From assembly GCA_044376115.1 (NCBI GenBank), contig JBILLK010000001.1, positions 1-64,000 of the forward strand: a stretch of 64,000 bases of DNA. The letters are read 5' to 3'. This DNA comes from Polyangiaceae bacterium. Its GTDB lineage: Bacteria > Myxococcota_A > Polyangia > Polyangiales > Polyangiaceae. The stretch's first letter is position 1, and each line of letters begins with the position of its first letter. Position numbers and translations under genes: made by a program. Shown one piece after another: positions 55,655 to 64,000 of this stretch. The notes under the pieces were generated by a model. That model saw nothing but the letters and a program-made list of their open reading frames with translations. It had not been told where the DNA came from and ran no database searches.

Positions 55655-55686
55655 CGACAAAGGCCGCGTCGAAGCGGCCTTTGTTG
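55655..55686. terminator. Hairpin between convergent genes, probable bidirectional intrinsic terminator
   Basis: acaaaggccgc-gtcgaa-gcggcctttgt forms an 11-bp perfect stem. Confidence 0.75.
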
Positions 55687-55700
55687 CGTGTGAGCAAAGG

Positions 55701-56432
55701 CTACTTTTTGCGAGGAGCCTTGATGTTGAGCTTGATGAGTACGTCCTCGCGAATGAGGTCGTCCTTCTTGCCTTCATACTTGATGCCCCACTCACCGCGC
55801 TTGATTGAGAACTCGGCCGTGGCCGTGATCTCGTCGGCGGTCACCTTGACCGTGGCGGGGAAGGTCACCGACTTCTCGACGCCACGCAACTTGAGGTTGC
55901 CTTCAATCGTGTGCGTCGCGCCCTTCTCGCCGCCAGCCTTGATCGAGGTGCTCTCGAAGAAGCCCTTCGGGTTCGCGCCGATGGCGAAGAAGTCATCCGA
56001 CTGTAGGTGCTTGTCGAGGTCGGCTGCATCCGTCTTCACTGACGCCATTTCAATAGCTACGTAGATGCGGGCAGACTCGGCCTTGTCACCGTCGATAGCA
56101 ACCCAGCCGTCGAACTTCTCGAACTTACCTTCATGCTTGCCAGTTACCTTCGACCCGACGAAGCCTACGCTCGAGTTTGAACCGTCAAAGCTCACTGCGT
56201 TTGCGGGCTTCTCGGGCGCGTCAGTCGGCGGAGTAGCAGCGGTCGCCGTCGCCGTGCCCGTCGCATTCGCGGCAGTCGAACCGGCAGGCTTCGCAGCAGC
56301 CGAGGCAGAAGGGCGCTGAACGGGCTTTGCACTATCCACCTTGGCCGACGGAGCGTTCTTTGCCGGGTCTTCACAACCAGCAACCGCCACCAAGAGAAAC
56401 GCTGAGACCAGAGCACCACGAACTAGGGACAT
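55701..56432 (-). CDS. YceI-family lipoprotein
   Basis: AAGGAG RBS, lipobox VAGC, SSVGFVGSKVTG.HEG.F, LDKHLQSDDFF and GNLKLRGV. Confidence 0.9.
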   Translation of the reverse strand: MSLVRGALVSAFLLVAVAGCEDPAKNAPSAKVDSAKPVQRPSASAAAKPAGSTAANATGTATATAATPPTDAPEKPANAVSFDGSNSSVGFVGSKVTGKHEGKFEKFDGWVAIDGDKAESARIYVAIEMASVKTDAADLDKHLQSDDFFAIGANPKGFFESTSIKAGGEKGATHTIEGNLKLRGVEKSVTFPATVKVTADEITATAEFSIKRGEWGIKYEGKKDDLIREDVLIKLNIKAPRKK

Positions 56433-56528
56433 GAATCACTCCTTGAAAGTTGAGCGCGGTTCTTACCACCTAATTACGCCTGCACGAGCCTCTAGAACGA
56501 GACACACCGTTGCGCCTATGAAACGGGC

Positions 56529-57299
56529 CTACTCACAATCCGCAAACAGGGCCTTATGCAAAGCCTCACCAACCACTTGATGGCCCTTCTTCCCCCAGTG
56601 AATGCCGTCCTTCCAACCAAGGTCCTGGCAGAGGACTTCTGCGTTTCCGCAGCTGAGCAGTGGTCGCAAATCCAGCGTCGCGTCGATCGTTCGGTTTGCG
56701 GTCTGCGTCACAATCCAGTTGGAGACATCCCACGTCATTTGGGCTCGCGCTGGGTCGAACGCCTTCATCCCGCCCCACGGCGGGAGCTGGAGCACGATCG
56801 TGCGAGAACCACGCGACTTCGCTTCATTCACCATCAGCAGGATGTCGGCGCCAATCAGCTTGGCGGTACGCTTCGCCGTTTCATTGCTAAGTATATCACC
56901 CAGGCCACCAAGGATGATGACGTCGGTATAGCTGGGTAGCGTCCCATCTTCTCGTGGGCTGTAGAGGTCCCTCACGAACCGCTTTCGCATCATGTTGACC
57001 ATGTTCCCGCCTACCCCAAAGCTCGTGAATGAGCTCTTGGGGCAGAGTTCGCCCAAACGCTCGAGGTACTTACCGCCCTGCGACTTCGGATCGGTGAGCG
57101 AGTCCCCCATCGCAGCCACAACGTAGCGCCGTAGTGGCGGCGCACTGCTGGCAGGGGCCGCGGGGCTTGGGTCGACGCGCGGCGCGCTAACCGACGATGA
57201 TGCCGTCGATGAAGTGCTAGGGCTCAAACTCGAAGCGGGCGAAGAGCTCACTGCCGGGAGGCTTCCGTCGGCACCGCATGCCACCAAGAGCGCAAGCAA
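56529..57299 (-). CDS. SGNH/GDSL hydrolase lipoprotein
   Basis: Lipobox LVAC, a Ser-rich linker, GDSLT and DGIHW. The start codon is uncertain. Confidence 0.78.
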   Translation of the reverse strand: MLALLVACGADGSLPAVSSSPASSLSPSTSSTASSSVSAPRVDPSPAAPASSAPPLRRYVVAAMGDSLTDPKSQGGKYLERLGELCPKSSFTSFGVGGNMVNMMRKRFVRDLYSPREDGTLPSYTDVIILGGLGDILSNETAKRTAKLIGADILLMVNEAKSRGSRTIVLQLPPWGGMKAFDPARAQMTWDVSNWIVTQTANRTIDATLDLRPLLSCGNAEVLCQDLGWKDGIHWGKKGHQVVGEALHKALFADCE

Positions 57300-57351
57300 T
57301 AGGCCTGCGCACCGCTTAGCTGGCTCTTGCCGCGAGACCGAAGACCGTGCG

Positions 57352-58293
57352 ATGAAGCGTGCAATGAAGCTCTTGTCGTTTGTCACAATCATGGCTGGGT
57401 CGGGGCTCCTGGCAGCGTGTGACGCCCCCGCCACGCAAGCTACACCCGAAAAGTCGGGAAGCGCAGCTACCGCAAAACCCTCCTCGGCGAAGCCCTTGGC
57501 CTCGGCTCCGTTGGCCTCAGCCGTTGCAACCACGCCACCCAAGCCGCCGAAGGGGCCCTTCCCCGAATCGACCGATCCGCTCTTGAGGGATCCGGCGAAG
57601 GCTACGGCAAAGGCTCCCGACGTCTTTCGCGTAACGTTCGACACCACCGTCGGTGCATTCGATATCGAGTGTACGCGCGAGTGGGGCCCGAACGGTGTGG
57701 ACCGCCTTTATAACCTCGTAAAGATGGGCTTCTTTGACGACGTGGCGTTCTTCCGCACGGTTAAGACGCCCAAGCCGTTCGTCGTACAGTTCGGTATCCA
57801 CGGAAACCCCGAGGTCAGCAAGGCTTGGCAAGAAGCAAAGATTCCGGCGGATGAGGTAAAACAGTCCAACACCCGCGGCATGGTCACCTTCGCCATGGCC
57901 GGCAGCCCGGACACGCGAACGACCCAGATGTTTATCAACTTTGGAGACAACTCCAATCTTGATGCGATGAAGTTCCCCCCGGTTTGCAAAGTGGTTGATC
58001 CCGGGATGGACGTCGTTGAGAAAATCCATGGCGGTTACGGGGAGCGCATAACCTCGCAGCAGGGAACCATCATGTCGCAAGGGAACAACTTCCTACGGCA
58101 GCGCTACCCCGAGCTCGATTACATCAAGACCGCACGTCTGGTTGCCAAGGACGACAAGAAAGACGACGACAAGAAGGATGGGGATAAGAAGGAAGGGACC
58201 GACGCAAAACCGGAGAAGAAGGAGCCCAAACCGGAGAAGAAGCCGGAGAAGAAGCCCGAGCCCAAGCCGCCTTTGCCTCCGCCTCCGACCTGA
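57352..58293 (+). CDS. Cyclophilin-type peptidyl-prolyl isomerase lipoprotein
   Basis: Lipobox LAAC, FFR...FVVQFG, SNTRGMVTFAMAG, RTTQMFIN and a K/D/E/P-repeat tail. Confidence 0.9.
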   Translation: MKRAMKLLSFVTIMAGSGLLAACDAPATQATPEKSGSAATAKPSSAKPLASAPLASAVATTPPKPPKGPFPESTDPLLRDPAKATAKAPDVFRVTFDTTVGAFDIECTREWGPNGVDRLYNLVKMGFFDDVAFFRTVKTPKPFVVQFGIHGNPEVSKAWQEAKIPADEVKQSNTRGMVTFAMAGSPDTRTTQMFINFGDNSNLDAMKFPPVCKVVDPGMDVVEKIHGGYGERITSQQGTIMSQGNNFLRQRYPELDYIKTARLVAKDDKKDDDKKDGDKKEGTDAKPEKKEPKPEKKPEKKPEPKPPLPPPPT

Positions 58294-58439
58294 GCTTTCG
58301 CGTCCCAATGTCCTCGAGCGGTGCGTGCTTTGCAGCATGTACCGCTCGACGTTTTGTGCTCTCGCCGTTGTTCTAAGCGACCTCTAGCAGTGAACGGCTC
58401 CTGCTGGACGCCAGTGAGACCGAGGGCTAGTAAAGCCCC

Positions 58440-60038
58440 ATGGAGACCGTAACCGCTTCCTCAGTTGGGACTGCCGTAGCGACCCGCATTGCCTGTCAGG
58501 ACCCGGCTACGCTCGAGTCGCTGGGCTCCGTTGCTGTGATGGGAGATGAGGACGTCCGCGCTGTAGTGGGGCGAGCACGCAAGCTTCAACCGGATTGGGG
58601 ACGTACTTCGTTTGCCGAGCGGCGCGCTGTGCTGCGCGAAGTCTTGGACGAAGTAGTTGCCAACCAAGAGGACATCTGTCGTCTCGCAGTGCGTGACTCC
58701 GGCAAGACTATGGTCGATGCAGCACTTGGGGAGATCTTCCCCGTGTGCGAGAAGCTTCGCTACGTCATTGCCAATGGCGAAAAGGACTTACGCCCTGAGC
58801 CTCGAGCATCGGGCTTCCTAATGCACAAGAAAGCTTGGGTAGAGTACGCGCCCCTCGGCGTCGTAGGCGTCATCTGCCCTTGGAACTTTCCTTTCCACAA
58901 TATCTTCTGCCCTACAGTACCGGCACTTTTTGCGGGCAATGCAGTTGTGGTGAAGGTTAGTGAGCACACCTCGTGGTCGGCGGAGCCGCTCGTCGATATC
59001 TTTCGTCGCGTGCTCGCACGACGCGGACACAATCCAGACCTGGTCCAATTCGTCACTGGCTACGGCGCGACGGGCGCGGCCTTGGTGCGCTCCGGAGTTG
59101 ACAAGATCTTCTTCACCGGCTCCCCCGAAAACGGCGCCAAGGTCATGAAGACTGCGTCGGAGAACCTAACGCCGGTCGTGCTCGAACTGGGTGGCAAAGA
59201 CCCAATGATCATTTGCGACGACGCGGATCTCAAGCATGCGGCGAGTCAGGCCATGTTGGGAGTGTTTACCGCGTGCGGCCAAATGTGCGTTGGAGCCGAA
59301 CGTATCTACGTATTCGACGGGGTCTACGATGCGTTTCTCCACGAGGTGACCAAACGAGTCACGGCTCTCCGCCAAGGACCTCCGCTCGAAGGGACCGTTG
59401 ATGTCGGGGCGATGACCATGCCCACCCAACTCGATATTCTCGATCGGCTCGTAGCGGATGCCGTGGCCAAAGGCGCGAGGGTCGTGACTGGCGGCAAGCG
59501 ACGCGCGGGCCTCAAGGGTCAGTTCTTTGAGCCGACGATCCTCGCTGACGTCACCCACGAGATGGATATCACCCAGAAGGAGCAATTCGGTCCGATCATG
59601 GTGGTGATGAGAGTGGCTGGCGAAGACGAAGCGGTCGCCAAAGCCAACGACTGCCCTTACGGTCTCGGATCGAGCGTCTTCTCGAAGGACACGGCGCGCG
59701 CCGAGAAGATCGCCCGCCGCGTGCGGGCCGGCATGAGCGTGGTCAACGACTACGGCCTTGCCTACATGATTCAGGCGTTGCCGTTCGGCGGAGTTGGAAC
59801 GTCGGGCTTCGGCAAGATCAACGGCAAAGAGGGGCTACGGGCCTGTTGCAACGAGAAAGCCATGGTCTCCGACCGCGTTCGACTCTCCAACGGCGTTGCT
59901 GTGTATCCCATTCGGCAAGCTACGTTTGGCGTGGCGAAGAACGTCATCGAGGTTATTTATGCGCGCGGACTTGGCAACAAGCTGAAGGCCGCCGTCGGTG
60001 CCGCTAGAAACATCGTCTCCGTCGCGCGCGCAAAGTGA
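58440..60038 (+). CDS. Aldehyde dehydrogenase
   Basis: PWNFP, FTGS, LELGGKD, CGQMC, EQFGP and PFGG. Confidence 0.95.
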   Translation: METVTASSVGTAVATRIACQDPATLESLGSVAVMGDEDVRAVVGRARKLQPDWGRTSFAERRAVLREVLDEVVANQEDICRLAVRDSGKTMVDAALGEIFPVCEKLRYVIANGEKDLRPEPRASGFLMHKKAWVEYAPLGVVGVICPWNFPFHNIFCPTVPALFAGNAVVVKVSEHTSWSAEPLVDIFRRVLARRGHNPDLVQFVTGYGATGAALVRSGVDKIFFTGSPENGAKVMKTASENLTPVVLELGGKDPMIICDDADLKHAASQAMLGVFTACGQMCVGAERIYVFDGVYDAFLHEVTKRVTALRQGPPLEGTVDVGAMTMPTQLDILDRLVADAVAKGARVVTGGKRRAGLKGQFFEPTILADVTHEMDITQKEQFGPIMVVMRVAGEDEAVAKANDCPYGLGSSVFSKDTARAEKIARRVRAGMSVVNDYGLAYMIQALPFGGVGTSGFGKINGKEGLRACCNEKAMVSDRVRLSNGVAVYPIRQATFGVAKNVIEVIYARGLGNKLKAAVGAARNIVSVARAK

Positions 60039-60194
60039 GCAAGGCAACGTGGACTAGGAGGATCTGAGATCCTCTTGGAGTTCCCTTGAGCGTCAGACCG
60101 AGCACACCCAACCGCTGTTAGCGACTTGACGGGCACCGCGCTGGCGCTCTCGTCACTTCCGCTGTTGTGCGCGACAAGCGCACGAAAGCGCGGT

Positions 60195-60210
60195 TGGCAT
60201 TGCGATTGCT
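60195..60210 (+). promoter_or_regulatory. Probable sigma54 -24/-12 promoter
   Basis: TGGCATT-GCGA-TTGCT has the correct spacing and lies about 75 bp upstream of the metalloprotease start. Confidence 0.55.
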
Positions 60211-60285
60211 GAACCGGGTAGACCGCGCCGAATAGGCGCTCAACATCGCCACACACGCTCTCTGATCCGAGCGTTGGAGGTTTTC

Positions 60286-63200
60286 ATGCGATCGATGCGA
60301 AGACTATCGCTGGGTATTGGCTTTTGTTCGCTGCTCTCCCTCGCCAGCTGCATGCAAGAGCGTAATCCCATCAACCTGGTTCAGCCAGGAGCTATTCCGA
60401 AGTCGTTCCTCGTCGGAAACGACCTTCAAAGCCCTAGCGACGATCCCGAGTTCTACTGGCGCAATTACGTCGTAGACGCCTCCGCATCTCAGTCGCTCAT
60501 TGGGGTTGGTTCTTACAGTGGTATCGACCGCATCCGCTGGGAGATCGCCGAGGATATGCTGATAGCTCGAAAGGCATATCAGATCGCTGACGGCCAAGAT
60601 GAAAAGGCCGACCCCGAAGCAGCGCCCTCAGGAACGATCGTCGCAGCGTTCGCCATCACGAGCCACTTCGACATCCAGCGCCAATACAACCCCACGACCG
60701 GGGAGGAGAACAACGTCATTGACGAGAACACTCGGGATCAGCCGTGGCAGGCGCGAAAGTTCGTCCGGGTAGATTGGTCCAAGAACCTCGTTGAGAGCCC
60801 GATGTGGGACGACATTTTCATGGGCAAGGTGTTCGGCAACCTCAAGGTGTCACCAGCCACCTATGACGTGTCTGACCCAACTAGCCCCGACCGTCCGCAC
60901 TACGATCTAGAGAATGGCTACTTCGACATTACCTCTAAGTACTATGTCGAGCCCACCGAAAGCTCGCTCATTCCTGGCCTCCCTACGTGCGTGGTCATGG
61001 GCTTCTACACAGGCTCAACGACCTACGAGTGTGATGTTCAAGAAGCGACGGTTCGAAGCTCTTTCGTGAAGGTCGACAAAGAACGCCAGTTCGAACCGTT
61101 GGACATGACGCACGCACCGCTGGATATCGTGGGCAACCCAGCCGGCATCCGCTCCGGTAGCCTCATCATCGGCTTGACCGGTGGTATCGAACAGGGTTGG
61201 GATCCGGGCTACGGGTACAATGATGCGCAGTATCACCGGTATGCTCATATCCACAATATCTGGGAGCAGAGCCACCAGGACGCTGCCTGTGAGGTCAACG
61301 ACGATCTTGACGCCAACGGTACGGCCGACGCCTGCGAGAACGCTCTAACCGGCTACGAGGGCAAGACTGGCTCGCAATGCGATGTCGCTACCAAGAAGTG
61401 CACCATCCCGCTACGAGATCGCCAGATCAGGTCGGTTGGATACTGGGCTAACCGCGAGTTCCCGCAAGCGCTGCAAGACGCACTCAACGAGGACGGCTCA
61501 AAGCAGAAAACCGGTGCCGCTGAAGAGCTCATTGCCTCCTGGAATCAGCTGATGAGTGGCGCCGTAGCCCAAGCCCGAGCCGTGGAATGTAGGCGCACTG
61601 GCGGAGAACGAGACCAGTGCGAGAGCGAGTTCCTCGAGGCGGACAAAGAGATGATCGCCTACGGCGGTTGGCTCGTGGACAAGGCAAAGGATCCTACGCC
61701 GGTGCTGACTTTCTGCCACAACCCAGTACGTAGTTACGACCTGGTCGACGTATGTGGCAAGGTTGGAGACTCCGCGCGACTCGGCGATGTCCGCAAGAAC
61801 TTCTTCGCCTATTGGCCCCACGCCTCACGAGCACCCTGGGGTGGAATTGGCAACTGGGGCGGAGACCCGAAGACTGGCGAGATTCACGGCGCAGCCGCCA
61901 TGATCATGGGGCGCAGTGCAACCTACGCAGCTGCCCTCCAGAGAGATGTTATCCAAGTAGCGCTTGGTGACCTCTCGATTGAAGACATCACCAATGGTGT
62001 TCCCGCAGACAACTACGCACATGAGTTGCAAGACGGTCACTCGCCCAAGGCGTTCTCCGTAGCTGAGATCGACGCACGGACGCGCAGCATCGACGCAACC
62101 CATGCCAAGCTTTCAGTCGGTCCAGTCCCGGTGGCGGGCAACACGATTGCAGACAAGTCGGGTGCCTTCTTCGAGATGCTCAAGCAGTCGTCAACCACGG
62201 CGGATGACGTCGTCTCGGCGCAGCTCGAGGTCGACGCCTACGCAGACGCCCTCCGCGGTACGACCTATGAGGCAAAGCTCGTCGATAGCCACTGGATGGT
62301 AGGGACGGCCGCGCTAAGCCCCAGTGAACAAGCCACAGAGACGGTCCTCGACGCTGTGTCTCCTCTCCGCGGCTTCGACCCGGGAGTGATGCGAGCCGTG
62401 CAGCACGACGTGCATGAGGCGCTTGAAGCACGTGGTGCGTGCTTCCACAACAAGGAGGCCCCGGTCTACGGCAGTATCGACCTGCAGGGACTGGCTCGTT
62501 ACTTCGATCAGAAGTACCCAAAGACGGACTACACAGTCGAGCAGCGCGGTGAGCACATCTACAACGACCTTTGGATTGAGGCCTTCAAGGGCATCGCCAT
62601 TCATGAGGTCGGACACTCCCTCGGGCTATTGCACAACTTCGCCTCTTCGTGGGACTCCGTCAACTATCACCCGGCCTACTGGCAGCTCCGCTCGCATGAA
62701 GGTACAAGCACAGAATCGTGCGAAGGCCTGCCTCGGGAGGGGGACACCTCGGATGATGCAAACGACAGTTGCATGGGTCCCCGCTACTTGGACCCGCCGA
62801 CGAGCGATGAGCAGGGCCTGAGTGGGGAGTCGCGACCTGGTATTGACTACTTCGGACAAACCTCTGTCATGGAGTACTCGATTGAGCGCTTCGGCGAGAC
62901 CGTTGGCCTCGGTCAATACGATGCCCACGCCATGAAGGCCCTTTACGGTCGTGTGCTCGAGACGTTCGAGGACGAAGACCGTGGTGGACACTCAATCAAG
63001 GAGCAGGAGACCTTCGCTCCTCGCCTGCAATCACAACTAATCGAGTCGGATCGCGTGGTGCGGACCACCGCACCTTTCGTCGGACAAAAGTTCGCTAAGC
63101 CTACGCATTACACCGAGGTTGCGCGGCTCATGGGAGTGTTCAGCCCTGACCGTTGCCGCGACGCCACCGAAGAAGAGAAGGCGCAAGCGGGCTGGAGACT

Positions 63201-64000
63201 CGTACACGGTAAGGTCTGCGCACCGGCACCCCGAGACCACGCCGCCTGGCGTGACTTCGAGGATGGGCCGACGACGGCTGGCGACGCGAACACGACAGCT
63301 GTTGCGTGGCACACAAAGGAAACGGCTGCGACGGGTGCTGGCAAGGTCCGCTGGATGTATCGCTATGGCACAGCCAACAATAGCTACTACCACACGAACC
63401 CCGGAGATGCGGGCGCTGACCCATTTGAAGTAACGACCAACACGATCAAGCGGTTTGATGCCACTTATCCTTGGACGTACTTCCGCCGCGGCGACAAGGA
63501 GTACATTGCAGACTCTATCCCGTTTGCGGTAGCGAACTCGACGATTGAGCGCCTACGCTCCTATCACTGGAGTGCTGCAAACAGGAACGCCTTCTTCAAG
63601 AGCTTTGGGGAGGGGACCTTCGAGCAGATCGCTGGGAGCGATGATTGGCACCGCCCGGCCGTGATGGCGGAGACTGAAGCCTTCAAGACGCTTGCGCGTT
63701 TCATGCTCATGCCCGAGCCGGGTGAGTATAGCCAGATGGAGGGGCTCGTAGGCTCTGACCGACCCATCTGGGACATCGCAACCGAAGGGTCCTTCAGCAT
63801 CGGTGCCGTTGATGGCCGCTTCATTGAGGAGAACTTCAATAGCGATCCCGATGGTGGTGGCTCCTGGGACTACGGGCACTGGATGAACTACGCCGGGTTT
63901 GGTGTTGAGAAGACGTACGCGGCGATGGCGCTTGCGGATGCGCGACCCACGCTTTCAACGATTAGCCGTGACAACTACCTGGACGGTCGGGACTCGATGA
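60286..64000 (+). CDS. Large lipoprotein zinc metalloprotease (metzincin), 3' end outside window
   Basis: GGAGG RBS at 60276-60280, then MRSMRRLSLGIGFCSLLSLASC. In-frame HEVGHSLGLLHNF at about 62602-62640 and a Met-turn SVMEY at about 62863. The frame is still open at the window end, which explains its absence from the ORF track. Confidence 0.88.
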   Translation, partial: MRSMRRLSLGIGFCSLLSLASCMQERNPINLVQPGAIPKSFLVGNDLQSPSDDPEFYWRNYVVDASASQSLIGVGSYSGIDRIRWEIAEDMLIARKAYQIADGQDEKADPEAAPSGTIVAAFAITSHFDIQRQYNPTTGEENNVIDENTRDQPWQARKFVRVDWSKNLVESPMWDDIFMGKVFGNLKVSPATYDVSDPTSPDRPHYDLENGYFDITSKYYVEPTESSLIPGLPTCVVMGFYTGSTTYECDVQEATVRSSFVKVDKERQFEPLDMTHAPLDIVGNPAGIRSGSLIIGLTGGIEQGWDPGYGYNDAQYHRYAHIHNIWEQSHQDAACEVNDDLDANGTADACENALTGYEGKTGSQCDVATKKCTIPLRDRQIRSVGYWANREFPQALQDALNEDGSKQKTGAAEELIASWNQLMSGAVAQARAVECRRTGGERDQCESEFLEADKEMIAYGGWLVDKAKDPTPVLTFCHNPVRSYDLVDVCGKVGDSARLGDVRKNFFAYWPHASRAPWGGIGNWGGDPKTGEIHGAAAMIMGRSATYAAALQRDVIQVALGDLSIEDITNGVPADNYAHELQDGHSPKAFSVAEIDARTRSIDATHAKLSVGPVPVAGNTIADKSGAFFEMLKQSSTTADDVVSAQLEVDAYADALRGTTYEAKLVDSHWMVGTAALSPSEQATETVLDAVSPLRGFDPGVMRAVQHDVHEALEARGACFHNKEAPVYGSIDLQGLARYFDQKYPKTDYTVEQRGEHIYNDLWIEAFKGIAIHEVGHSLGLLHNFASSWDSVNYHPAYWQLRSHEGTSTESCEGLPREGDTSDDANDSCMGPRYLDPPTSDEQGLSGESRPGIDYFGQTSVMEYSIERFGETVGLGQYDAHAMKALYGRVLETFEDEDRGGHSIKEQETFAPRLQSQLIESDRVVRTTAPFVGQKFAKPTHYTEVARLMGVFSPDRCRDATEEEKAQAGWRLVHGKVCAPAPRDHAAWRDFEDGPTTAGDANTTAVAWHTKETAATGAGKVRWMYRYGTANNSYYHTNPGDAGADPFEVTTNTIKRFDATYPWTYFRRGDKEYIADSIPFAVANSTIERLRSYHWSAANRNAFFKSFGEGTFEQIAGSDDWHRPAVMAETEAFKTLARFMLMPEPGEYSQMEGLVGSDRPIWDIATEGSFSIGAVDGRFIEENFNSDPDGGGSWDYGHWMNYAGFGVEKTYAAMALADARPTLSTISRDNYLDGRDSM

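Noticed and set aside
58150..58290. Purine-rich repeats (gagaagaagcc...)
   Set aside because: This is an ordinary low-complexity K/E/D/P tail of the cyclophilin.
60304..63879. Many short ORFs listed in the track, suggesting a gene-poor or degraded region
   Set aside because: They are explained by one long + strand gene whose stop lies beyond the window.

Overview
A GC-rich, gene-dense chromosomal segment that most likely comes from a Myxococcota (Polyangiales-like) genome. This is inferred from the eukaryote-like Ser/Thr kinases, PEGA/TPR and FHA proteins, a CglF/GltF-like peptide, many Ser/Ala/Thr/Pro-linker lipoproteins and a sterol reductase. About 49 CDSs are supported. Housekeeping genes include the priA 3' end, ygfA, pap/PPK2, tyrS and ihfB. 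Other genes cover signalling, an orphan VgrG locus and a >3.7 kb metzincin lipoprotein that runs off the right edge and is missing from the ORF track. I saw no rRNA, tRNA, CRISPR array or transposase. Two peptide-modification (RiPP-like) loci stand out, and both have lipoprotein-type precursors with a C-terminal core. (1) At 38772-41337, a lipoprotein ending ...WEIRAACGRG precedes a ChrH-like DUF692/MNIO enzyme fused in-frame to a complete Zn-dependent alcohol dehydrogenase. The core has a single Cys and no ChrI-like partner is visible; this is the best candidate for an undescribed system. (2) At 4511-6231, a splicease-family radical SAM/SPASM enzyme is translationally coupled to a Zn-ribbon lipoprotein ending ...MKYGMPPKR. 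All family assignments come from motif recognition by eye; no database searches were run.
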